A stretch of DNA of 63,685 nucleotides, the filler included, from Octopus bimaculoides (taxonomy: Eukaryota), in assembly GCF_001194135.2 (NCBI RefSeq). It is 5 parts of 5 records of this genome, joined end to end, with 100 filler letters (N's around TTAATTAATTAA, not from the genome) between each part and the next. Parts side by side here need not be neighbours in the genome. Positions count along the whole stretch, not along the records: positions 24,254 to 32,172 come from NC_068999.1; positions 32,273 to 60,473 come from NC_068982.1; 3 more parts are not named here. The stretch is one strand, 5' to 3'. The notes below the pieces were generated by a model. That model searched no databases. It was not told where the DNA came from and saw only the letters and a program-made list of their open reading frames with translations. The translations under genes and the position numbers were made by a program. Positions 24,291-38,149 of this stretch are shown here, piece by piece; the stretch's first letter is position 1; each line of letters starts with the position of its first letter.

Positions 24291-26595
24291 TTACTATGTA
24301 ATTATGGACAGATAAATAGATAGATAGATAGATACATATATACAAGATTTTATGTATGGGTAGTTATGCATATTTATGTAAATGCATGCCCTCTCTCGTT
24401 ACTTATGTAGGCGTATTATCCCATACCATCAACTGATTCAACTCTGGTTGTAATATAACAGGATAAAACTCATTTTACTTTTCCGAAGAACCATGATCAA
24501 TGCCTTTCAAGTTTAATATTTACACTGAAACCACGTAACCCCACACCTAACAGGGAAATTTCATGAATGTTATCTAATATTTTCTAGCAGCAGTTAATTA
24601 TTAAGTTATACTTTGCCATATGTTTTGTCGTAATTTAACGGAAATTACAAACCCAAATTTTTTGTTGGTGAAATATATAAGAAAGTTTATTGCTCTTTGC
24701 AGACACAAATATATAATTTACTTTTAAGCAGAAACAGAAAATCTTATGTCCATTTGATATCCCAAAATCAGACGATTTTTAAAATAAACTACAGAAACAT
24801 GCGCATACGTAGTTATACATATTGTACGGGTTATAAGATTTAAAGTTAAGAAAGAATATCTCTTCGGCACTTTCATAACGTTCGTTGAAATTTAATAAAC
24901 ATTTTCGGATATGAAACCATGTTTTCTCAATAAAACTGTAAGCATGTATTCTATATAGTCTCGAACTTAATTAATATTTTATATATTGGTCAACTTCCAA
25001 CTGATTTGAGAGCCACATTCTCTTCAAGTTTTAATATTTAATTCGATAGCTAGTATATTCTGCATATATTTGATTTGGAAGATGACAAAATGCAAGTACC
25101 GTTTATCAAAATGTTGGTAGATAAGTCCATTGATGTGCAACATATCTCTTTTCGAAACATTATTTGTATCAAACTTTTACGCTTTCTCTTCTGACAACGT
25201 ATTTGTTCCATTTCAGTGACGTTTTCTAAAATTTTGCAACAATATTCAAAATATTTTAATCAAGAGGAGTAATTACCAAATTCGCTAATTTACATATGCT
25301 ATTGTAATATCCTTTCTACATAGTCACACGACCTGAAATATAAAGTGAACAAGGCTAATTGATTACATGATCCTAATGTTTAAATATTACTTACTTCATC
25401 AACGCCACGCCCTCGGTGGCGTGAAAGGCAAACTTAACTTCAGTGGAAATGGATCTCAATACGAAACGTAACTAAATGTCTTAGCTGCCTTGCTAAAGGT
25501 TTCGTCAGCTCACTGGTTTAACCTCCATTGTAATATGAGTGCAAGTTGTTGTGTTTTGTAAACCGTTGAAATGAGGTTTACCAATGAGAGATATAAAAAT
25601 TTAAAGAATAGGAAACTTTTTTCAAAACTTACATTTTGATAATACATAAATACTGTGAGTACTAAAATAAGTAAAATATACATATTTCTGTCGTAGTAAT
25701 GAAATAGGGAAATTGAAATAGAAGGCTTTGTTAATGGCATTTAGTAAAAAAAATGGACGTATTTTACTAATCAAAAGTTTTCTAAGGGTGTAAGTGGAAG
25801 GTGGGGCTTATAACGTCAACATGATCAATATATTATTCTACTTCAAATGTGATGATCGGCATGTTGCAGGTGTTATTTTGCAGGAGAGAAATGAAACACA
25901 AATATTGCTATGTTTATTCTACACATCAATATAACAGATGTTAAAATGTACATTATATAATGGGAATTTATCATGTCAGTAGACGTTCAACTAGGTTGCG
26001 TTGTCATATTATATATCACAAGGGTCCACGAAATATGTGTGTTCGTGCGTAGTTACCTATTATCGACGTTTCTTTCTTTTGTGTTCACTTTTTCTTTATA
26101 TATATATATATATATATATATNNNNNNNNNNNNNNNNNNNNNNNNNNNNNNNNNNNNNNNNNNNNNNNNNNNNNNNNNNNNNNNNNNNNNNNNNNNNNNN
26201 NNNNNNNNNNNNNNNNNNNNNNNNNNNNNNNNNNNNNNNNNNNNNNNNNNNNNNNNNNNNNNNNNNNNNNNNNNNNNNNNNNNNNNNNNNNNNNNNNNNN
26301 NNNNNNNNNNNNNNNNNNNNNNNNNNNNNNNNNNNNNNNNNNNNNNNNNNNNNNNNNNNNNNNNNNNNNNNNNNNNNNNNNNNNNNNNNNNNNNNNNNNN
26401 NNNNNNNNNNNNNNNNNNNNNNNNNNNNNNNNNNNNNNNNNNNNNNNNNNNNNNNNNNNNNNNNNNNNNNNNNNNNNNNNNNNNNNNNNNNNNNNNNNNN
26501 NNNNNNNNNNNNNNNNNNNNNNNNNNNNNNNNNNNNNNNNNNNNNNNNNNNNNNNNNNNNNNNNNNNNNNNNNNNNNNNNNNNNNNNNNTAATAA

Positions 26596-26638
<43 letters not shown>

Positions 26639-26665
26639 AATAACAATAATAATAACAATAATAAT

Positions 26666-26749
<84 letters not shown>

Positions 26750-26754
<5 letters not shown>

Positions 26755-27240
26755 TGGAGGTATGACCAAGTTGTACCAGTTTTACACAGGAAATTGTGCC
26801 AAAAGTTCGAATCTGAAGCTGGAAACATAGTACGATGACGAGTTGAAAGATTACTGTCGTTTTAGAAATGTATGTGGGAGTTACCTATTCAAACGGGCAA
26901 TAGAATATGAAGGAAATAACAGAGCGGACATAATATAGAGAGGGAAAGCGGTGTGGCCTACGGATTGAACCATCTTGCCAGTTTGATTCGAGGATCATAC
27001 AGCAAAAAGATCGAGAATGAAAATAATAGATTTACTTAAAATTTGAAAGAGGATGAATTTAGAGCATCACAACAGTAAAAAACGTGACTGTAATAGTTGG
27101 TCTGTTGGGAATAGGAAACACGGATATAGACAAACGTTGGAAGGTGATTGGAATAGAATTTCAAGTGGAACTCCTACAGAAAACTTGTCTCTTAGTGACA
27201 AAAACGATTAGCAGGAGGAGCTAAGCATTTGAAATACTAC
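26750..27240 (+). mobile_element. R4/Dong-like LINE restriction-like endonuclease (RLE) C-terminal remnant
   Basis: HRKLCQKFES..., RADII, DSRI.QK..E, VTVIVGLLGIG.TDIDKRWKVIGIEFQVELLQKTCLL match the C-terminus of RLE-type non-LTR elements. Confidence 0.65.
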
Positions 27241-27273
27241 TGAAAACTTGACGGATACTTAAGGTATCCGGCT

Positions 27274-27480
27274 AGCAGGCAGAAACGGTATAACGCCAGG
27301 CGAAAAGCTTAGCGGTATTTCGACTGTCTTTAGTTTCTGAGTTCAAATCTCGATGTTGTCGGCTTTGCCTTTTCTCCTTTCCGAGTCGATATATTATGTG
27401 CCAGTTGCATACTGGAGGCGATTTAATCGACTGACCTCCCTCTCCAAAAATGTCAGACCTTGTGCCAAGAGTAGAGAAGA
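27274..27480 (+). mobile_element. Deu/Nin-like SINE
   Basis: ggcagaaacgg...gcttagcggtatttcg...ctgagttcaaatc...gtcggctttgccttt...gagtcgata...gtgccag. Confidence 0.7.
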
Positions 27481-27481
27481 A

Positions 27482-27605
27482 TATATCGATCCTGAAAGGA
27501 TGAAAGGCAAAGTAGAACACAGTGGAATATGTACAAGAAAAGGAAAGAGAAATGAAATACCGCTAAGCACTTCATCCAAGGTGCTAACCATTCTGCCAGT
27601 TCGAC
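27482..27605 (-). mobile_element. Deu/Nin-like SINE 5' part, tail-to-tail with the previous copy
   Basis: atcgatcctgaaaggatgaaaggcaaagt...aataccgctaagcacttc...gtgctaaccattctgccagttcg. Confidence 0.7.
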
Positions 27606-27660
27606 GCTTTCAATAATTACAAAAACAATAACACCAACAATAACAACAACAATAGCAATG

Positions 27661-27692
<32 letters not shown>

Positions 27693-28412
27693 AAATAACC
27701 TGAAGAATCAGATAAATATTACTGCAAAAATCAGGTCAGCATACGTAGAAAAATAATTAAATATCACAAGGAGAATGCAGAAATTTCGGCATGACCTACT
27801 GTGGAGCCAATTTCGGAAAACAAAGATAACATTGAGTGAAAATCATGGAAAAAAATTCTGTATTTACAAATTTATAACGAGATCATATATCTAGATATTG
27901 TTGTCATATATTATAATTCACTGACATATATATATAGTTCAGCGCAGGTGTATATGTAAATGATGTTGGCTGACAAAAAGTGTTTATTTTGTAGGACATG
28001 TTAGAAGTAAATGACACGAAATAATACATCAAATTATAATGCTTACCTCACTGCTGCTCCTGAGAGTGACCCCTGATGAAAAGTATCATTATTTTTTTAT
28101 TTGAAAGACACGATTCCACGAAAAGAATAATCCTGAGCTTTGCAGACAGGACATGACAAGTAACGAGTTTAACTTGATGTTCACCGAATAATAATAAATA
28201 GTAATATATCATTATTAATATACAATTACCACAAATGAATACCAGAATAAGTAGCAAAGCAATTTCATCAGGTAGAGAACAACAAGAATAGGAATAACTA
28301 TATCCCACTAACAGAAATATAAACACACCTAAGCGTAACGGAATCTATATCATTGTAAATTCGTACGAAGGTGTACGCATACATGTATGAATGCATGTAT
28401 ACATATATATGC

Positions 28413-28445
<33 letters not shown>

Positions 28446-28823
28446 NNNNNNNNNNNNNNNNNNNNNNNNNNNNNNNNNNNNNNNNNNNNNNNNNNNNNNN
28501 NNNNNNNNNNNNNNNNNNNNNNNNNNNNNNNNNNNNNNNNNNNNNNNNNNNNNNNNNNNNNNNNNNNNNNNNNNNNNNNNNNNNNNNNNNNNNNNNNNNN
28601 NNNNNNNNNNNNNNNNNNNNNNNNNNNNNNNNNNNNNNNNNNNNNNNNNNNNNNNNNNNNNNNNNNNNNNNNNNNNNNNNNNNNNNNNNNNNNNNNNNNN
28701 NNNNNNNNNNNNNNNNNNNNNNNNNNNNNNNNNNNNNNNNNNNNNNNNNNNNNNNNNNNNNNNNNNNNNNNNNNNNTATATATATATATATAAATGTATG
28801 TATATATGTATGTGTGTGTTTCT

Positions 28824-28858
<35 letters not shown>

Positions 28859-29509
28859 GGTGTTTGTGTGTGTGTTTGAAATAATGTGTGGCTTACTTCG
28901 ACAGCACGAATATGTCCAATTTGGACATACTTTCTCACTTATGAGGCTATGAAAAGTAATAACTACCGCGGTAATATTTACACTCAAATACTATAAATAT
29001 TTTAGTACTTTATGTTGAATACCTAGACCTTCACGCTGAGCTTTCTATATTGAAGAAAATTCTATTTACTTAATTCAAATACATATATGTACACGCATGT
29101 GTGTGTATCTGTGTATATACATATCTATGTACATATGTGCGTGTGCGTGTGTGTGTAGATATATACGTATATATTTATATATAACTGTGCATAAATGTAC
29201 ATTTACATAGTATTTTAATGTAAGTATATGTTTATATATGCAAATAGAAAAATGTTGTATACATATATGTATATANNNNNNNNNNNNNNNNNNNNNNNNN
29301 NNNNNNNNNNNNNNNNNNNNNNNNNNNNNNNNNNNNNNNNNNNNNNNNNNNNNNNNNNNNNNNNNNNNNNNNNNNNNNNNNNNNNNNNNNNNNNNNNNNN
29401 NNNNNNNNNNNNNNNNNNNNNNNNNNNNNNNNNNNNNNNNNNNNNNNNNNNNNNNNNNNNNNNNNNNNNNNNNNNNNNNNNNNNNNNNNNNNNNNNNNNN
29501 NNNNNNNNN

Positions 29510-29527
29510 CGTGTGCTCTTCCGATCT
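29510..29527 (+). other. Illumina adapter remnant (assembly contamination)
   Basis: CGTGTGCTCTTCCGATCT immediately after an N gap equals the 3' end of the TruSeq read-2 primer/adapter. Confidence 0.95.
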
Positions 29528-29818
29528 TATATATACATACATATGCATATGTATAAACACACGCACGCATATATGCGCATCTACAATTGCGTAGCCAATG
29601 TGAATACACGCACATATATGTGTGTGTTTGCATATGTATATATAGATTATACCTTTAAGTAATTTATTTATGTCGTATTGGGAATGGCTATCAAATGCAT
29701 ATCCTATTGAGAAAATGATAATTTGTTTAAAACTATTGCAAATAAGTTTCTATACAACTTAATGGAAAATGATGAGAGAGGACAATAAATTGATATAGAT
29801 TTCTGGTTTGTTTTTCAG

Positions 29819-29878
29819 AGCTTGGAAACTAGGCATTATCTCCGCCGTGAAACCACTTCAATGACTAGAACTGTGTAC
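29819..29878 (+). CDS. Candidate internal exon SLETRHYLRRETTSMTRTVY (phase 0-0)
   Basis: Acceptor ttctggtttgtttttcag|. Only phase 0 is open. Donor TAC|GTAGGT, with an alternative GT|GTACGT at 29875. Confidence 0.4.
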
Positions 29879-30192
29879 GTAGGTTGTATACTCGACAGGT
29901 TTACGTGTAGGATGTGAGAGAACCTTGAAATACATCTCTGTTCTCCCTTCAAAGCAGCTCCGTGTACATAAAGAAATTTAAGAGGGAGATTGAGAATCAC
30001 ATGTCCACGGCTGTCTTCCGATCTCAGCTGTCTTATTTCCGTGTCGACTTCGGAGAATACTTGTACCGCGATACTTTCTCCTTTACTAAGTCAGTTACAC
30101 TCAATTGCTATTTCTTAATTATGTCACAACCTTTGCATTTTCAAAATAGAGAATTCACGTTAATGCTACATTAAATATATATGTATTTTCCT

Positions 30193-30246
<54 letters not shown>

Positions 30247-30294
30247 NNNNNNNNNNNNNNNNNNNNNNNNNNNNNNNNNNNNNNNNNNNNNNNN

Positions 30295-30344
<50 letters not shown>

Positions 30345-30350
<6 letters not shown>

Positions 30351-30720
30351 ATTGTGTATATTTATTATTTTACTTGTTTCAATGATTTGACTATGGCAAT
30401 GCCTTTAGTCGAACAAACCGACATAAGGACTTATTCTTTGTAAGGCTAGTACTTATCTATCGGCCTCTCTTGCCAAACCACTAGATTACTGGGACGTAAA
30501 CACACCAATATCGGTTGGCAAGTGGTGGTTGGAGCACAAACACAGACACTCAAATACATACATACACGCACACTCAAACATGTATATACATATTTATATA
30601 TATTACGGTTTTCTTTCAGTTTCCGTTTACCAAATCCACTTACAAGGCATTGGTCTGCCGAAGACCATAGTAGAAGACACTAGCCAAAGGTGCTACTCAA
30701 TGGGACTGAACCCGGAACAA
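30345..30720 (-). mobile_element. tRNA-derived SINE, near full length
   Basis: Tail (gacttattctttgtaagg), body (gggacgtaaacacacc) and head (gggactgaacccggaac) are all present in reverse orientation. Confidence 0.8.
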
Positions 30721-31166
30721 AAAATGGGACAAGAATATAACAGGCGACAACAAGACATCCGGACAGTTGAAAAAAACAAGGACGGGTTATTCGGAATTGT
30801 TTTATCTTCTGTTCAATTTTTTGTTTTCTTCTTTATATATACATATAGCGGCGTACATACTCTGTCGTTCTTTTATATGTAAGTGCATATATATATATAT
30901 ATATATATANNNNNNNNNNNNNNNNNNNNNNNNNNNNNNNNNNNNNNNNNNNNNNNNNNNNNNNNNNNNNNNNNNNNNNNNNNNNNNNNNNNNNNNNNNN
31001 NNNNNNNNNNNNNNNNNNNNNNNNNNNNNNNNNNNNNNNNNNNNNNNNNNNNNNNNNNNNNNNNNNNNNNNNNNNNNNNNNNNNNNNNNNNNNNNNNNNN
31101 NNNNNNNNNNNAGGTGGTGTAAATAACAAAAGTATATATTAGTATGACGCTCGGGAATACAGAAAG

Positions 31167-31203
31167 TCTTTGACGTTTCGAGCTACGCTCTTCAACAGAA
31201 AGA
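31167..31203 (-). ncRNA. Minimal type I hammerhead-like motif (core variant CUGUUGA) in a short PLE pseudo-LTR-like repeat
   Basis: Minus strand: TCTTT-CTGTTGA-A-GAGC-gta-GCTC-GAAA-C-GTC-AAAGA. Stem I is 5 bp, stem II is 4 bp, stem III is the palindrome ACGT, with a GUC triplet. A6 is replaced by U. Confidence 0.65.
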
Positions 31204-31699
31204 ATACGGAGACAAGGAGAAAAACACGGAGAAAAAAAATTGAATAGTGTTCAGTCAACGGTCAATCATAATATATATATATATAGCAAAATTCTGTACA
31301 ACTCTCTTATTCTTTCTTTCAGCCCCTTTACACTTCGTTGTTTCCTTCTTTTTTTCGCTCCCTCTCTCTCACATTTCTTTGGCCATCCCTTCATTCTCAC
31401 CTTCCCTCCTCTTTTACCTTACTCTATCCCTTTTCTTTTGTCTTTCTTTCTCCTCCTTCCTTAATTCTTATATCATTCTGCCCCTACCTCTCTACTCTTC
31501 TTGCACGTGACTGGTTTTCCGGCTAGCCTGACCTTTTTTCTTCTTTGGGCTACAAATCCTCCATCTGTTCGTCGCTGTAGTCTACAACCGATACATATTG
31601 CAAGCAGGGGAGCGAACCCTTACCATATTCTATGGACGATGACAGGAACACCAGACCGTCCGGACACCCGTCGGCTAAAGACAGAAAAATAAGTTACAA

Positions 31700-32000
31700 C
31701 AAATCACTGATATTGCAAGAAGCAATTTATCTATTTAGAAAATATGTATAAGAGGTGAGCAATACAAACTGGAAACCGGACAGCCTAGTGGTAGTCCTGT
31801 TGTCGTCGCTAGAAGGTGGCAGTGCTCCCGACATAATTATCCATTAATAAACTATCTTGCTGACGCGCCACAGTTTCCAATTCAGTTTATTTTGGATATT
31901 AACTGGAGTTAATCGAGGTCGGGAATAACTAATTCACTTTTTTGTTCGTTCTGTTGTTATAAGCGGTGTGCTTCGTGGTTTCTTATTTTCGTTGTTTAGG
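31700..32000 (-). mobile_element. Possible decayed GIY-YIG (PLE) remnant next to the hammerhead repeat
   Basis: Minus frames give SKIVY... and NYVGSTATF*RRQQDYH, resembling YVGxT...R...H. Very degenerate. Confidence 0.25.
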
Positions 32001-32690
32001 TTTTAACTGGCATTTGTAGTATGTAAGGTGTCCTATCAAAAGTATCTTCTTTGAGCATAGAAATATTCTATACACTTCTATATTTCTGTCTTCTCACTTT
32101 TATTTAAGCATGCTAACCATTAGTAATAAATTATTTTAATATATTACCCTCATATTTACGAGAATTATATATNNNNNNNNNNNNNNNNNNNNNNNNNNNN
32201 NNNNNNNNNNNNNNNNTTAATTAATTAANNNNNNNNNNNNNNNNNNNNNNNNNNNNNNNNNNNNNNNNNNNNATATATATATATATATATATATATATAC
32301 TTATATAGATATGAATAATGTATATGGACTTATATGATATATATATGTGTATGTGTAATTATAAAGAGTGAGATATGTGAGTGGTGGTTGGGTGTGTCTT
32401 ATTAAATAAAACATAAGATGTCAATGAATTGCAATTTACAGTTGTGCATTAAATTCCAAATATATTAAATTAACACTCATTAATTGCTTTGATTCCTTAG
32501 AAAGAAAATTCAAAGCAGCTGAGTTTTATATATTCAAATGCGTTGTTGGCAACATTAATCAGGATTATAAACCAGAGCAAATATAACCTCTAGTTTTGGA
32601 TAATTGCTTTCCATAATTTTATAACTGAAAGAGTTAATTATATAATTACAATCTATTCAAAATAAATTCAGAACACAATATGTCTGTCTG

Positions 32691-32757
<67 letters not shown>

Positions 32758-32932
32758 CCCAATCTTTCTATCTATATATTTATCTATTTATATACATATG
32801 CATACATACATACACGCACACACACATACACATATGTGTGTGTGTGCGTGTATGTACTTATATAGCAGATGTTAAATATTGATGGTGATATATAAATTTA
32901 TTTACATATATATATATATACATATATGAATG

Positions 32933-32975
<43 letters not shown>

Positions 32976-35900
32976 NNNNNNNNNNATATAACACATATGC
33001 ATGTACATACATTCATATGTGACATACACATATATACATGTAAATACATACATGCATGCATACAAACATAGACAGATAGACAAACATGCATACATACATA
33101 CATTCATATACACATACATACATACATGCATACATACATATATACATACTTGTATGTATGTATGTATGTATGTATGTATGTATGTATGTAGGCATATATG
33201 TAGATATGTAAATAATGCTATATGAGGTCATTTTACTGTTCTGTGCTATTTGAATACTTCCAGTGGTTTCCACATCACTTAAATTTGCTATTTTGGAAAG
33301 CTGCTTCGTGCAAGTGCTTCTTATCTGTCAATTTCTCAGAGTTGCATAATCATTCATTTGATCATAGGTTTTGGCAATGTGATATAGAAACAGCACATTT
33401 TAAAGATTACTATTTTCTGAGAACATACTTCAAATGCTGCATTCTAAACAATGTGTTATTTAGAAATTCACATTTCGATGCAGAACCATTTCTTGCAATT
33501 ACCTTGTTTCTATTTTTATTTTAGACAATTCATGTACTGCAAATAAATATAAATCTTACAAGAAGATAGACTTTTGAACAGTGGAAGCTGTTCAGGCAAT
33601 ACAATTTTCTATTTTCATTGTACAAATATTTTATCTGAAGCAACAGTTTCAATTGAACCTTGATTAATTTTTCTTCAGACTTCCATGTAACATTCACCAT
33701 TTCCAAATTTTCAGAAACAATAAAAACAGCTCTTTTTTCTGTATTTCGTTTAAATTAGTAGCTTGTCACATTATTAGTCAATAAAATATCAGCTGATCAG
33801 TGTATTTTAAGAAATAAATATGTACAGAAGAAATTATTTAATCAGCATTTCTACTCTTGGTAATATGAATATCAATAATAATGATATTTTTGCAATAAGA
33901 ATAACAGTAAAACTTGAAATTGTGTTATAATCCTTAAGATATTGGATTGTTATAATGCCCACTTCGGTATACAGTGTACTTAGTAAAACCAGTAAAGACA
34001 CGACTATCTCTGACCACCAACCACGTACTCTGGTACTTTATGTACTTCTCTTTACTTATAGTGACTAGGTTATTCCATTCGTCATACGGGAGAGGTGTAC
34101 CATTGTTACTAATTCCCTACAACAAATTGAAACATAAAGAACAAGTGTAAGTGAACCTTATCACTGAAATTTAAATGTGTTTATATAATTGTCAGGAAGA
34201 GACATAGATGTTCATCAGAAATATTTTGGGTCTCATACTTAAAGAAATTTAAAGAAATTTCAGTTTCATTTCAGTAAAGTTGCCCTATATATGGCAGGAA
34301 ATGATAGCATCTCCCTTTTTAAGTCCTTAGTCTTACATTCTTTCTTGCAACTCACAGTTACCAATGTATAAGAACTCCACAACAGAAAATGCCAAGAGTG
34401 GATGATATCAAGAAGTATTTTGGATCTACCACAAATATCTACAAAAATTACAATGGATGCATCCACGAATGATTGATACTGGCAAAAGTCTTTGAAATGA
34501 ACTAAAGAAGGCAACAGACATCCTTTCCTGAAAATGACTGGCAACAGGTGATCAGAAATAGAATGGTGACTAGGATTGTGACAGCTGCCATAGTTGAGGA
34601 AGTGAAATAAATGAGAATTATTTATACCATGCTGTTTCTGCTTTATTTGTTAAATGGAATGGTATCAGAATATTGTACTTTAGATTCTCTTATGTAAATT
34701 ATCACAAGTTTAGAAAATAATAATCTAAATTGATGAAGAGAAAGTTTCCAGTTTATTTTTAATGTCTAAATACAATGAGATTTCTCAATAAATAATTGAG
34801 AGTAAATTTCTTAATCTGTAGCCTTAATTTGAGATGGATCTTTTAACCCCTGATGTCTTATTGGCAACAGATGAAGACTGGAAGTTACTTTGCTGGGGTA
34901 GAAAGATATTCATTAAGATTAAACTAAAGTGTCAGTATTTCTTTTTTAAGAACAGTTGTTTCAGATAAATATATTTTTTTTTAATTGTAGATTGGCTAAT
35001 CTAGATGAACTCAAAGGAAATCTTATTAGAAATAGTAGTTTTTAGTATCTAATTTTCTGTACCCTTCTATGAATACTGAAAAGAAAATGAAATTGAAATA
35101 ATCAATTTTGGAAATAATGAAACAGCTAACAAGAAACTTAACACACAGCAATAATGATTCATTTTTTCTACTCTCTTATTGAGCTATGAATAAAAAATAA
35201 GTTGATTGATATGCTGATAAAAAAATCATTTACCTGTTTCATAACACCTGAAAACTTTTGCCTCGTGAAAGATGAGTGTTTGTGTGCTATTGTGACAAAT
35301 GTTCTCATTATNNNNNNNNNNNNNNNNNNNNNNNNNNNNNNNNNNNNNNNNNNNNNNNNNNNNNNNNNNNNNNNNNNNNNNNNNNNNNNNNNNNNNNNNN
35401 NNNNNNNNNNNNNNNNNNNNNNNNNNNNNNNNNNNNNNNNNNNNNNNNNNNNNNNNNNNNNNNNNNNNNNNNNNNNNNNNNNNNNNNNNNNNNNNNNNNN
35501 NNNNNNNNNNNNNNNNNNNNNNNNNNNNNNNNNNNNNNNNNNNNNNNNNNNNNNNNNNNNNNNNNNNNNNNNNNNNNNNNNNNNNNNNNNNNNNNNNNNN
35601 NNNNNNNNNNNNNNNNNNNNNNNNNNNNNNNNNNNNNNNNNNNNNNNNNNNNNNNNNNTGTCATCCTCTAGGGCTCGGAATTTCTTTTTCTTTTTGTGTT
35701 TGTTTATGAGTGGGTTCTTTTTTTTAAAAAAAGAAAAGAACCCTGTTAATAAAAAAATTAAAAAATGCCCATGGTGCCAAAATTCATCAATCATTGAAAT
35801 GAATCATAATTCTCTAAACTAAATGTATAAAAAAAGCAGCTGAGAATTTTTTTTTTGTTTAGCATGTTGTATCACAGATTCCAATTCAAATTGCATGTTT

Positions 35901-36924
35901 TGGGTTAAACATTCAAGAAATCTTTAAACATTTAAAATATAAGCAAAGGAGTAACGATAAAAATAGAAAATCAAATTTTTTCACTGATAATAATTCATGA
36001 GGTGCACACAGAACAGTGAAAATCCACACACTAACATATCTATATATTCCCAATATATTCAGGCAGATTCGCATCTGAATATCTGATCACTTACTTTTCA
36101 TGACTGGAAAACATTGCTCTTTAGATGTATGTGATTCATAACATGTGATTCATTGATGTAAAGGAACTTTGAGACACTATCATGTTTCAACCTTATTGTT
36201 ATGTCTCTTAGATTAAAGCTGCTATTCTGGACCAATGAATCTTACAGACAGACAGTAGCACACATCAATGAATAATTTGTTTACTGGTTTCTGTAAAAAA
36301 GTGCCTGTACTCTTGTTAGATTCATTACTTCAAGGTAGTTTGACTGAGGAAATATACAATAAGGTCAAAACACCTTAGTGTTTCAAAGTTCTCTAACATC
36401 AATGAATCATATGTGTTTTTATGAACACACATTGCCAAAAGGGAGGAGAGGTTCTCTAATGGCAAACAACAACAGTGATCAGACAGTCACATTCAAATCC
36501 AGCAGAGTATATCAAGAATGAATAGATACATTTATTATGACTTTCATAAATCTGGATGTTAAAATGAAAATTTTTTAAACAAATGAATCAATTAAAAAAT
36601 ATATAATTAAAAGCAAACTTAAATATGTATCATGCAGATAAGACTACAGTTCTCTAATTGAAAACCTTTTAGCTGTAGAGAATGAAGTCATGTGAAAATA
36701 TCTTATTAATAAAACAAAAGAAATATTTGGGAATCTTACATATCTGTTTCAGGATAATTTTCCCTCTTCAGACAAAGTGTACAGCTATTCTTTGGCTACT
36801 CAAAGAGCTGCAAATCTAAATTGCTATATATGTCAATAGCTATCCTGATGTGTATATAATATGTTGGTTAATCAATTCAGAAATTAAGATTTAATTATAT
36901 AGTATTCATATAATATAAATTATA

Positions 36925-37100
36925 TAGCATAGCTGTGTGGTTAAGAAGTTTTCTTCCAAGCTACGTGGTCTCAAGTTCAGACCTTCTCTGCAGTACCTTG
37001 AGCAAATGCCATCCTCTATAGCTATAAATCAATGAAAGCTTTGTAAGTCGATTTAGTAAATGGAAACTGAAAGACGCCCATCATGTATGTGTGTGCGTGT
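36925..37100 (+). mobile_element. tRNA-SINE 5' half
   Basis: gcatagctgtgtggttaagaag...aagttcagacc...aatggaaactgaaagacgccc, followed by (TG)n. Confidence 0.75.
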
Positions 37101-38149
37101 GTGTGTGTGTGTGTGTGCGTGCATGCATGTCTCTTTGTATGTGATTGCATGAATGAGTTTATATTTCCTACATCTACACATGTGTTTCTTTTGCTGATTA
37201 TAAACAATAGCTTTGCTAATAGTGTTGTTTGCTATCAGTCCACCACAAAGGCATATCTGAGCCTCTCAGACTGCTATGGCAGGGCTAATCCATAAGGTGT
37301 CGCTTGTTTCCATTTCTCCAAATAAACATGTCTAGGTTGTTTATTCTTAGATTTCATTTAAAGACAAATGAGGGTTGGAGACAGAAAGATCATCTGGCTA
37401 CAGAAAACTCTGGCATGAGATATTGTCATTTACCCATACAAGGATGAAACTGGGCATTAAAAGAATGATGATAATGATGAATTTAATACTACTAGCATAG
37501 ATTATATTTATATATAGTGCAGCCAACTGATGTATATAGGAAAATCCAAACTGCTGTTAGTTTTGTATATAGTTTTGTATCAAGTGATTTCGATTCAATG
37601 TGCTCTGGGTGGCTGAAGTGTAATGGTACATTTTCTGTGAAGAGAGGGAATTATTCCAGAAAAGATCTGTAAGAAGCTTACCAATTATTTTTCTGCTTAC
37701 TTAAGAAAACAATATCATTTCACATCATTTTGATTTCCACAGTCAGAAAGATATTAATTAAGTAAATAACTGTAGAGTTATCTACAGTATACATCTTTTT
37801 TTTCCAAGTATTCTGAATTACACTGTATTTTGTCTCCACCACCACTACCACTCCCTCTCTCTCTCTCTTTCCCTGTGTGTATATGTGTGTGTGTGTGTGC
37901 ATGTGCATATGTGTGTGTGTTTTTTACATGAGTGTGTGTTAGTGTGTGTGTGTATAGACAGACAAATAGATAGACAGATAGATAGATAAATAGATAGACA
38001 GACAGACAGATAGACAGATAGATAGATAGATAGATAGGTACATACATACATACATACATACTTACATACATATGAACCCACATTCCGGCAGATGCTTGTC
38101 TCCATGCTCTGGCTACAACTGCAAATCAGTACATGAATGACAATCAAAG

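Noticed and set aside
29510-29527. Peptide RSEEHT in the ORF track
   Set aside because: Translation of the Illumina adapter remnant.
37573-37668. 96-nt phase-2 candidate exon FVSSDFDSMCSGWLKCNGTFSVKRGNYSRKDL
   Set aside because: The donor is good but the acceptor is weak. It fits only an alternative phase-2 chain, and such a frame can arise by chance. It cannot be supported without RNA data.
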